64,000 bases of DNA, from positions 1,024,001-1,088,000 of the forward strand of contig CAVYXA010000001.1 in the NCBI GenBank assembly GCA_963772365.1. Reading direction: 5' to 3'. Below, piece after piece: positions 10,553 to 22,485 of the stretch (the first letter of the stretch is position 1; each line of letters starts with the position of its first letter). The translations under genes were made by a program, and so were the position numbers. This DNA is from an uncultured Verrucomicrobiae bacterium. GTDB taxonomy: Bacteria > Verrucomicrobiota > Verrucomicrobiia > Chthoniobacterales > UBA10450. Below the pieces are notes generated by a model, which did no database searches, was not told the DNA's origin, and saw only the letters and a list, made by a program, of their open reading frames with translations.

Positions 10553-11682
10553 CTCGGATAGTGTCGTCGCTGACCGCGCTGTCGATCATCGCAACATCGA
10601 CATCACTCCTCGCCCAAGCCGATCCCGCTTCTGAACCGGCGGTGCTAGCGGTGGCAAAGGTATTGCCTGCTGTCGTAAGTATCAACACCGAACGCGTGGT
10701 GCGGCGCCAAATCCACGATCCGTTTGAAGATTTCTATGCGCAGTTTTTTGGGAACTATCGGGTCCGCCCGCGGGAGATCCGCCAGAAAATCCAAAGCCTC
10801 GGGTCGGGTTTCATCGTCGATCCTGCGGGCGACATCGTGACTAATCAACACGTCGTGGAACGGGCCGCGGATTTAAAAATTCAGGTCACGACCAATGACA
10901 ACAAGACCTACAATGCGCGCTTCATTACTGGCGACGAGAAGAAGGACCTGGCCTTCATCAAGATTGAAGCGAAAGACCCGTTCCCGTTCATCAACCTGGA
11001 AAATATTTCGCCAAACTTGCTGGGCGAAACGGTGATCGTGGTCGGCAACGCGGTCGGTTACGGCAGCTCGATCAGCCGCGGAGTTTTGAGCGCGGTGAAA
11101 CGCGACATCACCATCGATAACATCGAGTACAAGGACCTTGTCCAGACCGATGCCGCAATCAATCCGGGCAACAGCGGCGGCCCCGTCATTGATCTATCCG
11201 CTCGTTTAGTTGGGATCAGCTCGGCCAAAATGGCGTTCACACCGCAGGGGCTACCGACACAGGGGCTCGGTTTTGCCATTCCCGCAAACGTTGTCAGAGA
11301 CAGCGTGAATCAATTCAAAAAGATCGCCGAGAAGCAACCGGCGCCGACTGAGCCTGGTAACACACAAACATCGCGTGCAGAGCGAATGTTTGGAATGCAG
11401 CTTCAGGATCTCACTGATGAGCTTTCCGATGCGCTGGGTTATGCGCGCGGTCACGGCGTGTTGATTGCCGCGGTCGAGCCCGACAGCCCGGCTGACGAGG
11501 CGGGCATCGTCCGTGGCCTGATGATTTACCGCATTGGCAACTACGATGTGAACTCGACAAAACAAGTGGAGGATTTGCTGCAGCAAGCGACCTCTGGCGC
11601 GTCTGTTGATTTTGCCGTGGGAGTGGTTCGCTCGCGCGGGCGCGGTCAACGAATTGAAACTTTATCGCTTACGGCCCGTTGA
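10549..11682 (+). CDS. HtrA/DegS-like serine protease with one PDZ domain
   Basis: Signal peptide, GSGFIV, TNQHVV, TDAAINPGNSGGP, C-terminal PDZ (SPADEAGI). Confidence 0.93.
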   Translation: MTRIVSSLTALSIIATSTSLLAQADPASEPAVLAVAKVLPAVVSINTERVVRRQIHDPFEDFYAQFFGNYRVRPREIRQKIQSLGSGFIVDPAGDIVTNQHVVERAADLKIQVTTNDNKTYNARFITGDEKKDLAFIKIEAKDPFPFINLENISPNLLGETVIVVGNAVGYGSSISRGVLSAVKRDITIDNIEYKDLVQTDAAINPGNSGGPVIDLSARLVGISSAKMAFTPQGLPTQGLGFAIPANVVRDSVNQFKKIAEKQPAPTEPGNTQTSRAERMFGMQLQDLTDELSDALGYARGHGVLIAAVEPDSPADEAGIVRGLMIYRIGNYDVNSTKQVEDLLQQATSGASVDFAVGVVRSRGRGQRIETLSLTAR

Positions 11683-11742
11683 CAGCGGCGAAAAAATTCG
11701 CAACGCAATAAGAGGTTAGTTGTCTCATGAAAAATCGGGATC

Positions 11743-12678
11743 ATGATTAAAGTCGAGAATCTCACCAAGCGTTACGCAGGGCAGACTGCGATCCAGGATT
11801 TGAATTTCGAAGTGGGCAAGGGCGAGATCATGGGATTTCTCGGGCCCAACGGCGCCGGCAAAAGTACCACTATGCGGATTCTGGCCAGTTTCATGCCCCC
11901 GACTTCGGGACGCGCGAGCGTGGCCGGTTACGATGTTTTCAAACAATCGCTTCAGGCTCGATCGCACCTCGGCTACATGCCGGAAAATGTACCGCTCTAT
12001 AACGACATGCGCGTGACCGAATATCTGAATTACCGCGCTTCACTTAAAGCTGTGCCGCATCGAAAAATGGCGGAGCGCTTAGGCGATGTGAAAGAACTGT
12101 GCGGTCTAAAAGATGTGGAGCGGAAATTAATCGGCACACTTTCCAAAGGATATCGGCAGCGGGTCGGGCTGGCGGATGCCCTTATTGCCGAACCCGATCT
12201 TCTCATTTTGGATGAACCGACGATTGGTCTCGATCCAAACCAGATTCGCCAGGTGCGCGAGTTAATTAAGAACCTCGGCGAACAACACACGATACTGCTT
12301 TCGACACACATTCTGCCGGAGGTCGAGATGACGTGCTCCCGGGTAATCATCATTCACAAAGGCCGGATCCAGGCATGCGATACACCGGAAAATCTTGTGG
12401 GAAAGATTCGCCAGGCCGGCGGGGTCGCTGTCGAAGTGAAGATTGGAAATGACAACGGAGCGGCGGAACTGAAAAAGATCTCGGGTGTGCGCGACGTCAC
12501 GACTGAGGCCGACGGAGAATGGAAGAAATTCTCATTGCGAGTCGAATCCGGTGTCGATGTTCGCGAAGAAGTTTTTCGACTGGCCAAAGCGCGAAATTGG
12601 AACCTGCGCGAGCTATCCCAGCGACGGGCCACACTGGAAGATGTGTTCGTAGAAATCACGCATACTGATGAAGTGTAA
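11743..12678 (+). CDS. ABC transporter ATP-binding protein (GldA-like)
   Basis: GPNGAGKST, LSKGYRQRVG, LDEPT. Confidence 0.92.
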   Translation: MIKVENLTKRYAGQTAIQDLNFEVGKGEIMGFLGPNGAGKSTTMRILASFMPPTSGRASVAGYDVFKQSLQARSHLGYMPENVPLYNDMRVTEYLNYRASLKAVPHRKMAERLGDVKELCGLKDVERKLIGTLSKGYRQRVGLADALIAEPDLLILDEPTIGLDPNQIRQVRELIKNLGEQHTILLSTHILPEVEMTCSRVIIIHKGRIQACDTPENLVGKIRQAGGVAVEVKIGNDNGAAELKKISGVRDVTTEADGEWKKFSLRVESGVDVREEVFRLAKARNWNLRELSQRRATLEDVFVEITHTDEV

Positions 12679-12692
12679 AATGAGAGACTGCC

Positions 12693-13448
12693 ATGCGTAA
12701 ATTCTTCACGTTGCTCATGCGCGAAGTGCGCGGCTACTTCTATTCGCCGATCGCTTACATCGTTCTGATTTTCTTTCTGTTGATCAGTGGGGTGGATTTT
12801 TATTTCCAGGTTTCGTTCATGAACCAGCGCCAGGTGCAGTACTCGGTGCAGGAAGCATTCTTCAATTCCGTGTTCTTCTGGTTCGCATTTGTCCTGATTT
12901 TTCCGCTCATCACGATGCGCCTCTTTTCGGAAGAATTTAAGCTCGGCACGATCGAACCGCTCATGACCGCGCCGGTGCGGGATTGGCACGTGGTTCTCTC
13001 GAAATTCTGCGGCGCGCTGATCTTTTACATCGTCCTCTGGATCCCGACGCTTCTTTATTTTGCGATCTTTCAGAAGGTCACAGGGCAACCCGCTGCGAAT
13101 TCGGCCGGCGCCTACTGGGGCTCGTATCTGATGCTTTTGCTGTTGGGAATGTTTTATCTTTCGGTGGGATGTTTCGCCTCTGTGTTGACTCGAAACCAGA
13201 TTATCGCGGCGATCATTTCCTTCTGTGCCATTACGCTCCTGTTCTTCCTGGGTCTGGTCCAGTTTATCCTGCTGGAGGTCAGTTCGTACACACGCGATTT
13301 ATTGGGCTATTTCTCAGCGATTGAACACATGGGCACGTTCTCGCGCGGCATCATCGACACCCGGCCCATCGTTCTTTATGTCAGTGCGACCATCCTGATG
13401 CTGACGCTCACTTATCAGGCATTTCAATCACGCAAATGGAGACTGTAA
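12693..13448 (+). CDS. ABC-2 permease (GldF-like)
   Basis: REVRGYFYSPIAY, TMRLFSEE...GTIE, ~6 TM segments. Confidence 0.88.
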   Translation: MRKFFTLLMREVRGYFYSPIAYIVLIFFLLISGVDFYFQVSFMNQRQVQYSVQEAFFNSVFFWFAFVLIFPLITMRLFSEEFKLGTIEPLMTAPVRDWHVVLSKFCGALIFYIVLWIPTLLYFAIFQKVTGQPAANSAGAYWGSYLMLLLLGMFYLSVGCFASVLTRNQIIAAIISFCAITLLFFLGLVQFILLEVSSYTRDLLGYFSAIEHMGTFSRGIIDTRPIVLYVSATILMLTLTYQAFQSRKWRL

Positions 13449-14956
13449 CCGAACCACAGACCAGCAAGCAGGCCAGCAAAGGTTCCGGGCGAAAAATCCA
13501 TCGCATCGGGATAGGTCTAAATGTCCTGGTTCAGCTGGTCTTGGTTTTTCTGCTGGCGACGATGGTGAACTCCATCGCATTCAAGCATTACAAGCGCTGG
13601 GATGTTTCCCGGAACCACAAGTACGCCCTCTCGGACAAAACGAAGCGTTTCCTCGACACCATCAAGGGCAAGGCCAAGATCATCGTTTTCTTCGCGCCCA
13701 ACACTCCGATCACCGCCGATGTTGAGAGCCTGCTGACTGAATATCAGTATGCCGGCCGCAGGAAGATCGACGTCGAATACATTGATCCTCAGCGAAACCT
13801 TTCCCGAGCAAAGGAGGTCCTCGAGAAATACAAAGTCGTTAGCGACGAGAGCCTGCTCATTATCGATTACAAGGGACAGAATAAGACGGTGAAGGCTTCC
13901 GAGATGGCCGATATCGACCAAAGCGGCGCGATGTTCGGCGAGGGTCCGCGAGTGACCGCATTCAAGGGAGAACAAGCAATCACGAGTGCGATGATGGATT
14001 TGGTCGAAGGGAAAAAGCAGTCCATCGGTTATGTGACCGGCCACGGGGAACCGGCGATCGCCAGCAGCAGCCCGATCTCGGTGCTGAAAGCATTCATCGG
14101 AAACGAGAATGTAAAATTTGAAGAACTCAATCTCTTCAATGTGGGCGCGATCCCGTCGGACGTGCAGATCGTTATGATCGATGGACCTAAATATGATTTT
14201 TCCGACCGCGAGATGAAATTGCTGCGCGATTTCTGGGAGAAGCATGGTCGCTTCCTTGTTCTTCTCGATCCTGCTGCCAAGACGCCGCGGCTGGATGCTT
14301 TCCTCAACGAGCTGGGAGTAAAGGTGAATGACGATCGCCTGATGGCGTTTTTGAAGACTGGCATTCAGGAGCTCGCGATCACGCGTGATGTTTACGCGCA
14401 ATTTTTGGGAGGCAGCCCGATCACGCTAAGACTCGCTGGCGCGCGAACGATATTAGTCGGCGGCACGTGCTCGCTTTCGCTGGATGCAAATCGAGTGCGT
14501 TCCGCCAATATCCAGCTTCAGCCGCTCCTTCAGGCCGAGAAAGGTTATTTCGCCGAGAAAGACTACAACTCAAACGATCAGGTCAAATTCCAGGCGGATG
14601 CCAAAGGCGCGGCCGCCGCGCCGCCCATCACCATCGGCGTTTCCATCGAAAAAGGCGGCAGTGCCGATGAGCGCGTTCAGGTCAATTCGTCGCGAATGGT
14701 GGTATCAAGCAATGCAACTTTCATTCAGGACAATGCGATTACGCAGGACCAGGAGGGATTGGATTTCATTTCCGCCTGCGTCAATTGGTTGCTGAGTCGC
14801 GAAAAGTTGATCGGCATCGCGCCCAAAGTCCCGCAGACACTCACGTTCAGTCTCACCGAAGCCTCATTGCGGAACCTGCGATGGCTAATTCTCGTGCTCA
14901 TTCCACTGGTCCCGGCTTTGATCGGCTCGTTCGTTTGGTGGCAACGTCGCGCCTGA
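13436..14956 (+). CDS. GldG-family ABC auxiliary protein
   Basis: N-terminal TM, RWDVS..YALS, GEQAITSA, YVTGHGE, C-terminal TM ending WWQRR. Confidence 0.85.
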   Translation: METVTEPQTSKQASKGSGRKIHRIGIGLNVLVQLVLVFLLATMVNSIAFKHYKRWDVSRNHKYALSDKTKRFLDTIKGKAKIIVFFAPNTPITADVESLLTEYQYAGRRKIDVEYIDPQRNLSRAKEVLEKYKVVSDESLLIIDYKGQNKTVKASEMADIDQSGAMFGEGPRVTAFKGEQAITSAMMDLVEGKKQSIGYVTGHGEPAIASSSPISVLKAFIGNENVKFEELNLFNVGAIPSDVQIVMIDGPKYDFSDREMKLLRDFWEKHGRFLVLLDPAAKTPRLDAFLNELGVKVNDDRLMAFLKTGIQELAITRDVYAQFLGGSPITLRLAGARTILVGGTCSLSLDANRVRSANIQLQPLLQAEKGYFAEKDYNSNDQVKFQADAKGAAAAPPITIGVSIEKGGSADERVQVNSSRMVVSSNATFIQDNAITQDQEGLDFISACVNWLLSREKLIGIAPKVPQTLTFSLTEASLRNLRWLILVLIPLVPALIGSFVWWQRRA

Positions 14957-14963
14957 TTATCTC

Positions 14964-15054
14964 TGTCATGTTGAGCGAATCGAAACATCTCCACTCATTT
15001 CTGCCGGAAGCGAATCTGATTGATCAGAGATACTTCGCTTTCCTGAGAATGACA
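14964..15054. repeat. REP-like family A inverted pair
   Basis: tgtcatgttgagcgaatcgaaacatctc ... gagatacttcgctttcctgagaatgaca. Confidence 0.8.
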
Positions 15055-15065
15055 GAACGATAGCC

Positions 15066-16937
15066 ATGAATTGGAAGACTACAGTCGCCCTTCTCGTGAT
15101 CGTTGTCGGTCTGGGGGTGTACCTGAAGTTCTATGAAATGAACCGGCCGACAACTGCCGAGGCCCGGGAGCAATCGCAAAAGGTCGTAAAGCTCGATCGG
15201 GATAAGATCGACGGGATCATGATTCAAAATGGCGATCAGACAATCGACCTCCGCCGACACGACAGTAAGTGGCGTCTCGAAAGGCCGATCAAGGATCAAG
15301 CTGATAGTTCCTTGATTCAGAATTTGCTCTTCGATCTCGAAGGTTGGGAAAAGGACGCCACAATTTCAGCGAAAGAAATCGAGGCGGATAAAAGCAAGCT
15401 GGCTGAATACGGCCTGAACAAGCCGAAGCTTCGTTTGAAATTAAGCGGCCCCGACGCGCCGCCGGAGATTCTTTTTGGAAAGGATGCCGCGCTCGAGGGC
15501 AAAATGTACGTCCGGTTCGAGAACTCGAAGGAAGCCCTCATTGTCCCTGGCACAGTAAAAAAAGATATCGACAAGAAACCCGAGGACTTCCGGGACCGTA
15601 AGCTAACCGACCTGATTGCGCCCCAAGTCACGCGCGTTGTTTTAAAAACGAATGCCGGCGAAATGGAGCTCCAGAAAAAAGACGATCATTGGGACATTGT
15701 GAAACCACTTCGAGCGAGAGGAGACGATCAGAAGATCAACGAATTGATCGCCCAGGTCACGAACGCTCGCATCGAGCAATTTGTCGCCAGCGATCAGGGC
15801 GACCTTCATGCCTACGGCTTGGCTGAACCTCGCGGCTCGATCACTTTATTCGGGCAGGACGACAAATCCGCCGGACGGACGGATTCGTCCCGTGGCGAAC
15901 AGGGGCAGATGCTCCAAATCGGCGGTCCCGCGGGCGCGGGAGAAAAACAAAAGGATCAAGTCTACGTCCGGTTCGCTTCGCGTGGTTTCGTTTACACGCT
16001 ACCGAAAAAAATCGAAGAAATCCTGAATACAAAGCCGAACGATCTACGCGACCGGCACCTGATCCGGATCGACACAAATATTCTCGATCGGATCACCATC
16101 GACAAAACAGGAGGGAAGAAAATCGTTCTCGCCCGAAAGGGTGAAAACTGGACGATTGTCAGCCTGAATAATGCACCGGCCAATTCCAGCGAGGTTCGTC
16201 GCTTAATTCAGATATTGCAGAATGAACAAGTCGCCAGATTTGTCGAAGATGTGGCCTCGAATCTGGCCAAATACGGCCTCGACAAACCGCAGCTGCAACT
16301 GACGTTCAGCTCTTTCGCTTCGGAAAATACTGCCGAGACGAAGGCAGGCGAACGTCCATTCGCGACGCTGGCGTTCGGCAAAGTGGAAGGGAACGATGTT
16401 TACGCCCGAGTCGGTGACGAACCGTTCATTGTGGCCGTGCCTCGCACTTTGCTCGATCAAATTTTTACCGATCCCTTGCAGTGGCAGGAATTGTCGATCT
16501 TCAATTTCAAACCGGAACAGATCCAGCGGTTCACCCTTGCGACTGGCCAGGAAGAATTGTCGATGGAACGCGGGGAGAATAAGCAGTGGCGATGGGTAAA
16601 AGGGAGTGGCACGATTAATCAGACGAATGTGCAGTCACTTATTAACACGGTGGCGAAGCTACATGCTGTGCGTTGGTCCGGTGCGACGATTCCGCAGCAA
16701 GGCTTGGAGAAACCGCAACTGAGTTTCACCTTCATGACCGGAACGCAACCGAAAGATTCCCACGTGTTGAAAATCGGCATTCGCACTCCGGACGGAATGT
16801 GGTTTGCCAAAGAAGAAGGGCGCGACGGAACGTTTGCCATTAGCAATCCCGATTACGACGCGTTGAAGCTGCCGCTCGTGAAAGTGGCCAAACCTTCATC
16901 CACTCCGACGGTTACCCCGAGCGCGACCCCGCACTAG
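15066..16937 (+). CDS. DUF4340-like membrane-anchored protein (repeated domains)
   Basis: N-terminal TM; repeated LAEYGL/LHAYGL/LAKYGLDKP and FRDR/LRDR motifs; usual fourth gene of Gld-like operons. Confidence 0.78.
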   Translation: MNWKTTVALLVIVVGLGVYLKFYEMNRPTTAEAREQSQKVVKLDRDKIDGIMIQNGDQTIDLRRHDSKWRLERPIKDQADSSLIQNLLFDLEGWEKDATISAKEIEADKSKLAEYGLNKPKLRLKLSGPDAPPEILFGKDAALEGKMYVRFENSKEALIVPGTVKKDIDKKPEDFRDRKLTDLIAPQVTRVVLKTNAGEMELQKKDDHWDIVKPLRARGDDQKINELIAQVTNARIEQFVASDQGDLHAYGLAEPRGSITLFGQDDKSAGRTDSSRGEQGQMLQIGGPAGAGEKQKDQVYVRFASRGFVYTLPKKIEEILNTKPNDLRDRHLIRIDTNILDRITIDKTGGKKIVLARKGENWTIVSLNNAPANSSEVRRLIQILQNEQVARFVEDVASNLAKYGLDKPQLQLTFSSFASENTAETKAGERPFATLAFGKVEGNDVYARVGDEPFIVAVPRTLLDQIFTDPLQWQELSIFNFKPEQIQRFTLATGQEELSMERGENKQWRWVKGSGTINQTNVQSLINTVAKLHAVRWSGATIPQQGLEKPQLSFTFMTGTQPKDSHVLKIGIRTPDGMWFAKEEGRDGTFAISNPDYDALKLPLVKVAKPSSTPTVTPSATPH

Positions 16938-16965
16938 AATCCGAACGTCGGGAGTTTTTCGATCA

Positions 16966-17080
16966 GAAAGCGATGCGAAGACGCCTCGCACTCCTAAAGC
17001 ATTTCGTGCAAAATGAAATGAAGCTTTCTGTCGTTTCGCGTCAGCTTTTGGAAGTGCGCGGCGTCTTCGCACCGCTTTTC
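16966..17080. repeat. REP-like family B inverted pair
   Basis: gaaagcgatgcgaagacgcctcgcactcc ... gaagtgcgcggcgtcttcgcaccgctttt; related copies at 19215, 23205 and 50435. Confidence 0.8.
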
Positions 17081-17161
17081 GGGATGAAACACGAGCAAGA
17101 GATCTGCGTTGCCCACAGCATTTCAACATTGGCCAGTCAGCTTAAACAAAGCTTGCATTGA

Positions 17162-17629
<468 letters not shown>

Positions 17630-17767
17630 CGCGCATGCGCGCGCATCGTTACATCGTTAAATCGTTACAAGGTTGCAACGGTTAATGTCATCGCCCATGT
17701 AACAATGTAACTTTTTGATCGTTTCACTTTTCATCCTTCATCCCTCAACCTTCATCCTTAGAAAAAC

Positions 17768-19189
17768 ATGCCCAAAGACAAAACCCCATCTGACGTCAGC
17801 AAATTGATTAAAGATAACGACGTGAAGTTGATCGACTTCAAGTTCACGGATCTGCTCGGCACGTGGCAGCATTTCACGACTACGCTAACCGAATACAACG
17901 AAGAGATTTTTACCGATGGCCTTGGCTTCGACGGCTCGAGCATCCGCGGCTGGCGCGTCATCAACGCTTCAGACATGCTCGTGATTCCGGATCCGGCGAC
18001 AGCCTGGATCGACGTTTTTAATGCGGAAGCAACCCTTTCGCTCATCTGCACTATTGTCGATCCTATCACTCGCGAACCATACGACCGCGACCCACGCGGT
18101 GTGGCCGAAAAAGCCGAGGCCTATCTGAAAAGCACCGGCATCGCCGATACCGCATTCATCGGGCCGGAAGCAGAATTTTTCATCTTCGATGACGTGCGCT
18201 TCAGCTACGCGGCGAATTCGTCATTTCATTCGGTCGAAAGTGTGGAGGGGCATTGGAACAGCGCGCGCGAAGAATATCCGAACCTCGGCTATAAGATTCG
18301 GCCCAAGGAAGGCTACTTCCCGGTCTCGCCGATGGATAGCTTGCAGGACATTCGCAACGAGATGTGTCTGGAATTGGAGCGTGCCGGGGTAGCCATTGAA
18401 CGCCAGCATCATGAAGTTGCCACAGCTGGCCAGGCCGAGATCGACATTCGCTTCGCTCCACTCAAGCGAATGGCGGACAGTCTTCAATACTACAAATACA
18501 TCATTCGAAATGTTGCCAAACGGCACAACAAAACGGTGACGTTCATGCCCAAGCCGCTCTTCGCCGACAATGGTTCGGGGATGCACACCCACATCTCGCT
18601 TTGGAACGGCGATAAACCGCTGTTTGCCGGCAATGGTTATGCCGGCTTAAGCGATACCGCGCTCTTCTTTATCGGCGGCATTTTGAAACACGCCCCCGCC
18701 CTCACCTGTCTTACCAATCCGACTACAAACAGCTTTAAACGTCTCGTGCCGGGATTCGAAGCACCGGTCAATCTCGCTTATTCGGCGCGCAATCGTTCCG
18801 CCGCCATTCGCATTCCAACGTATTCGCCCAGCCCAAAAGCGAAACGAATTGAGTTTCGGACGCCCGATCCGGCAGCCAATCCCTATCTCGCGTTCTCGGC
18901 TTTGCTGCTAGCTGGCCTCGATGGAATCCAGAACCGGATCGATCCAGGCGACCCGCTTGACAAGAATCTCTACGAGCTGCCGCCGGAAGAACTCGCTCAA
19001 ATCGCCAGTGTCCCGGATTCGCTCCGTGGCGCGATCGAAGCACTCCAATCCGATCACTCGTTCCTTTTGCGCGGTGATGTCTTCAACGCCGAATTCATCG
19101 CAAATTGGATCGACATGAAACAAAAGGAATACGACGCCCTTCGCCTCCGCCCGCATCCGTATGAGTTCTCGATGTATTACGACGTGTAA
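17768..19189 (+). CDS. glnA: Glutamine synthetase type I
   Basis: FDGSSI, HHEVA, FMPKP, NGSGMH, adenylylation motif KNLYEL. Confidence 0.97.
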   Translation: MPKDKTPSDVSKLIKDNDVKLIDFKFTDLLGTWQHFTTTLTEYNEEIFTDGLGFDGSSIRGWRVINASDMLVIPDPATAWIDVFNAEATLSLICTIVDPITREPYDRDPRGVAEKAEAYLKSTGIADTAFIGPEAEFFIFDDVRFSYAANSSFHSVESVEGHWNSAREEYPNLGYKIRPKEGYFPVSPMDSLQDIRNEMCLELERAGVAIERQHHEVATAGQAEIDIRFAPLKRMADSLQYYKYIIRNVAKRHNKTVTFMPKPLFADNGSGMHTHISLWNGDKPLFAGNGYAGLSDTALFFIGGILKHAPALTCLTNPTTNSFKRLVPGFEAPVNLAYSARNRSAAIRIPTYSPSPKAKRIEFRTPDPAANPYLAFSALLLAGLDGIQNRIDPGDPLDKNLYELPPEELAQIASVPDSLRGAIEALQSDHSFLLRGDVFNAEFIANWIDMKQKEYDALRLRPHPYEFSMYYDV

Positions 19190-19214
19190 TTTGGCTTTAT
19201 CGTTTCGCTGAACT

Positions 19215-19330
19215 TTCGCATCGAAGTGCTTGTGGAATGCGGGGCGTCCTCGCACCGCTTTTCTCTAAGCACTATTCCAAACCAAAAGCGATGCGAGGAC
19301 GCATACGCACTCCAAAAGCTCACGCGAAAC
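19215..19330. repeat. REP-like family B inverted pair
   Basis: gcgtcctcgcaccgctttt ... aaaagcgatgcgaggacgcatacgcactccaaaagc. Confidence 0.78.
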
Positions 19331-19389
19331 GCGGCTACGCTTCCTCTGGCGAACGTTTGCCGTTATCTTTCGAACCACTATCCTTCGGC

Positions 19390-19839
19390 ATGTCTAAACC
19401 CCGGATCCGCATTGAAGTGCAGGTGATGTTTTTCGATACGGATTGCGGGGGAGTCGTGTCGAATATCGCTTACCTGCGTTTTATCGAAATGGCTCGGACC
19501 CGGCTGGCGGAAGAACTCGGTCTCCATCTGGCTGAGATGGCTGAGACACAGCAATACCCAGTTGTCGTCCGGACCGAGATCGATTACCGCCGAGCCGCCA
19601 AATTAGCCGACGAGCTTGTCATCGAGGGCTGGCTCGACCGAATTGAACGCGCCCGATTTTGGTGCGCGTTTCATATCGTTCGCAAGAAAGACAACGCGCT
19701 GATTGCCGAATGCCGCCAAATGCTCGCATTGATTGAAATGCCCGCCGGGAAACTGCTGCGTTTGCCAGAGCATTGGGAAAAATATCGGACGACTCCCGCG
19801 GCGACCACCATCGAACCGGTATTGGAACGCTCGTCGTAA
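19390..19839 (+). CDS. Acyl-CoA thioesterase (YbgC/4HBT hot-dog fold)
   Basis: VMFFDTDCGGVVSNIAYLRFIEMART; start placed downstream of the repeat. Confidence 0.88.
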   Translation: MSKPRIRIEVQVMFFDTDCGGVVSNIAYLRFIEMARTRLAEELGLHLAEMAETQQYPVVVRTEIDYRRAAKLADELVIEGWLDRIERARFWCAFHIVRKKDNALIAECRQMLALIEMPAGKLLRLPEHWEKYRTTPAATTIEPVLERSS

Positions 19840-19842
19840 GAA

Positions 19843-21630
19843 ATGATCGCTGGGGCGCGCACACTTAGCATCCAAGAAACTCTGCTCGAGCCGCCGGCCT
19901 TGCCCGCGCCTCCTACGCGACATGCTCTGCTCGTCATCCTTATTGCGCTGGCTGCGCTCTTACACCTGGCGACGGTTAGTTCGGGCGATCTTTACAGCCA
20001 GACGGAGGGCCAATACGCAGGCGCGGCCTGTGAGATGATTCAGACGCATCAGTGGTTTTTGCCTACGAATGACGGCATCTACCGGCTCCAAAAACCACCA
20101 CTGCTTTACTGGCTGCTCATCCTTTCATTCAAACTCTTCGGCATCGATGCGGCGGCAGCGCGTCTGCCGATTGCATTGTCGATCATCGCTTCGGCGGCGC
20201 TGATTTTCCTCATTGGCGAAAAGCTGGGCAGTTACTGGCGGGGTTTTATTGGCGGTCTCATCTATCTCAGCTTCTGCGGCACATTTCTTCTGGCTCGCAT
20301 TGTCATGCCCGAAGCGCTCTTTAGCATGTTGATTACGGGAGCCATTTATTGTGGCATCTGTGGTTATCAGCGTCGCAAGTACAGACGTCTGTGGTTTGCG
20401 GGATTCTGGATCTGCGCCAGCCTGGCTTGCATAACGAAAGGCTTGTTGGGCCTGGTGTATCCAGCTGCGACTTTTCTGATCCTTTCGATCTTTTATCGAG
20501 AAGCACGGCTTCGTTTTCGCGCACTGTTACGCTGGGAATACTTGGCTATCTTCTGCCTGATCGTGCTCCCGTGGCATATCTGGGCCGAATTGCGCTTCCC
20601 CGGGTATCTTTATTATCTGACCCACTCGGAATGGATCGGCCACGTGCGGGGCCTTTCCGATGCCACTCATGATTTTCTTGGCATGCCCGTTCACCAATTC
20701 CTTATTATGCACCTGGCTTGGTGGTTTCCCTGGTCCCTTGCTCTCTTGCCGGGAATTATCTTTGCCTGGCGTCGAGTCTTGCGAGCGCACGAAATGGAAT
20801 TCGCCGATGCATTGCTGCTTTGCTGGATGAGCGTCATCTTCATCCCGCTTCTCTTTGTTGGCCAACGCCAGGATTATTACTCGATGGGTATGTGGGCCGC
20901 ATTCGCCCTCTGGGCCGCGACTGCATGGGACCGCATGCCGGCGCGATGGCGTGGTGCTGGGGCGGTGTTAGTCGGCCTAACAGGCGTAGCCAGCGCTGCC
21001 CTCGCAATATTTTTATCAAGAGCAGCTCAGTCTCTTAATGGGAATTGGGGAGTGATGGACGACCGCTGGACGGCTTGGAGAGCGCTGCATGATATCCCGC
21101 TTTCCACCTGGCTTACATTTCGACCTATGCTGATCGTAATCGCTTGCTCGCTCATTCTCCTATCGATTGTTGCTATCTATTTCATTTTCAGAGAGCGGGA
21201 AAAACTTGCCGCCATCGCTTTGGCCGGAGCCATGATTCCGAGCGGGCTGAGCATGATCGATGGCGTGGGACGCATGGCTCCTTATTTTTCGCTGGCCGAT
21301 TTGGCGCGCTTTCTCAACTCCCATCTAAAAGAAAACGTGCTTTTCGAAGGACCGCTCGCCGACGGCTGCAGCCTAATTTTCTACCTGAAGAAGCAATTCC
21401 TGCTCGTTAACCAAAACCCGCGTAAGGAGGCGCCAATGGGTGCGCTCTCGAACAATCTTTTTTTAGATGACGAGGAGGTTTTGAAAATGTGGGGTGAGCC
21501 GAAGTCCGTTTATCTGATTATCGAGCAATCACGTATGAGTCACTGGACGAAGCTGCTTACGGAACGATTTCACATCTATCATGAGGTCGCCGAATCGGGC
21601 ACTTATGTCGTCTTGAGCAATCAATTCTGA
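19843..21630 (+). CDS. ArnT/PMT-family (GT-C) glycosyltransferase
   Basis: EGQYA...EM, KPPLLYW, ARLP, TKG motifs; multi-TM. Confidence 0.85.
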   Translation: MIAGARTLSIQETLLEPPALPAPPTRHALLVILIALAALLHLATVSSGDLYSQTEGQYAGAACEMIQTHQWFLPTNDGIYRLQKPPLLYWLLILSFKLFGIDAAAARLPIALSIIASAALIFLIGEKLGSYWRGFIGGLIYLSFCGTFLLARIVMPEALFSMLITGAIYCGICGYQRRKYRRLWFAGFWICASLACITKGLLGLVYPAATFLILSIFYREARLRFRALLRWEYLAIFCLIVLPWHIWAELRFPGYLYYLTHSEWIGHVRGLSDATHDFLGMPVHQFLIMHLAWWFPWSLALLPGIIFAWRRVLRAHEMEFADALLLCWMSVIFIPLLFVGQRQDYYSMGMWAAFALWAATAWDRMPARWRGAGAVLVGLTGVASAALAIFLSRAAQSLNGNWGVMDDRWTAWRALHDIPLSTWLTFRPMLIVIACSLILLSIVAIYFIFREREKLAAIALAGAMIPSGLSMIDGVGRMAPYFSLADLARFLNSHLKENVLFEGPLADGCSLIFYLKKQFLLVNQNPRKEAPMGALSNNLFLDDEEVLKMWGEPKSVYLIIEQSRMSHWTKLLTERFHIYHEVAESGTYVVLSNQF

Positions 21631-22190
21631 GCAGCGCGAACGTCCTTCGACAGCAAACGGCCCCAAAATTGGTCGTAGGGATGAACGCGCGTGACCGGTT
21701 CCCCATCACGCACCAGCGGACGATGCTCGTTAGCCCACTGGAAAATACCGCCATCCAAATTTTGCACATTTGTGAAACCCGCTGCGCGCAAGCGGGAAGC
21801 AAGATTCCCCGAGCGATAACCCACCGCGCAATAGGTCACAATCGCCGCACCCTTTGAGACATTCGGCAAAGCTGCTTCGCTAGAAGCGCCAGGATCGACC
21901 CTGCGCGCCCCCGGCAAATGGCTCACGTTCCATTCGGCCTCGGTGCGAACATCGAGAAGAATCGGTGGTTTCCGTTGTCGATCTTCCAGCCAATCCGCCA
22001 GCTCATTTGTGCTGATCCATCGCATTTCCGGAAATTGGCTCCGCAATGACGCTCGAAGCATGAACCATTGAAACGCGCTGGTCCGGACCGCGCCGTATCC
22101 GGCCACCAGCACGATCAACGCCGTCACAATCAGGCCAAGCCGCGTATTGGATTTGCGAATCCGTCGTGGCAAAGGGCTGGCTAAGTCCAT
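21621..22190 (-). CDS. Rhodanese-like domain protein
   Basis: [35 protein letters not shown]. Confidence 0.88.
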   Translation of the reverse strand: MDLASPLPRRIRKSNTRLGLIVTALIVLVAGYGAVRTSAFQWFMLRASLRSQFPEMRWISTNELADWLEDRQRKPPILLDVRTEAEWNVSHLPGARRVDPGASSEAALPNVSKGAAIVTYCAVGYRSGNLASRLRAAGFTNVQNLDGGIFQWANEHRPLVRDGEPVTRVHPYDQFWGRLLSKDVRAAQN

Positions 22191-22251
22191 TTGAAAAATT
22201 CCCGAGCCGGTTTAATATGAGCGCTCATTTTCGTCACTTCTACGCTAAGTT

Positions 22252-22407
22252 ATGTCACAACATCGAAGTTTAAAGGGAACCAGCACCATCGCCGCCAAGC
22301 GCAACGTCCTGAAGCGCTTCGAGCGGGTCGAGATTCTGAAAAAGCGCGGGCAATGGAAGGAAGGACAGAAAGTCCTCGGACTTCCCAAAACCAAGCCTGA
22401 CGTCTAA
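22252..22407 (+). CDS. PVC-superphylum small basic (signature) protein, 51 aa
   Basis: Manual translation MSQHRSLKGTSTIAAKRNVLKRFERVEILKKRGQWKEGQKVLGLPKTKPDV; below ORF-track cutoff. Confidence 0.9.
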   Translation: MSQHRSLKGTSTIAAKRNVLKRFERVEILKKRGQWKEGQKVLGLPKTKPDV

Positions 22408-22485
22408 ACGGTGGATCGTTAAATTGTTGCATCGTTAAATGGCTGGACGATTCACGGTTTTAACGAGTCACGATTTACGGTCCCC

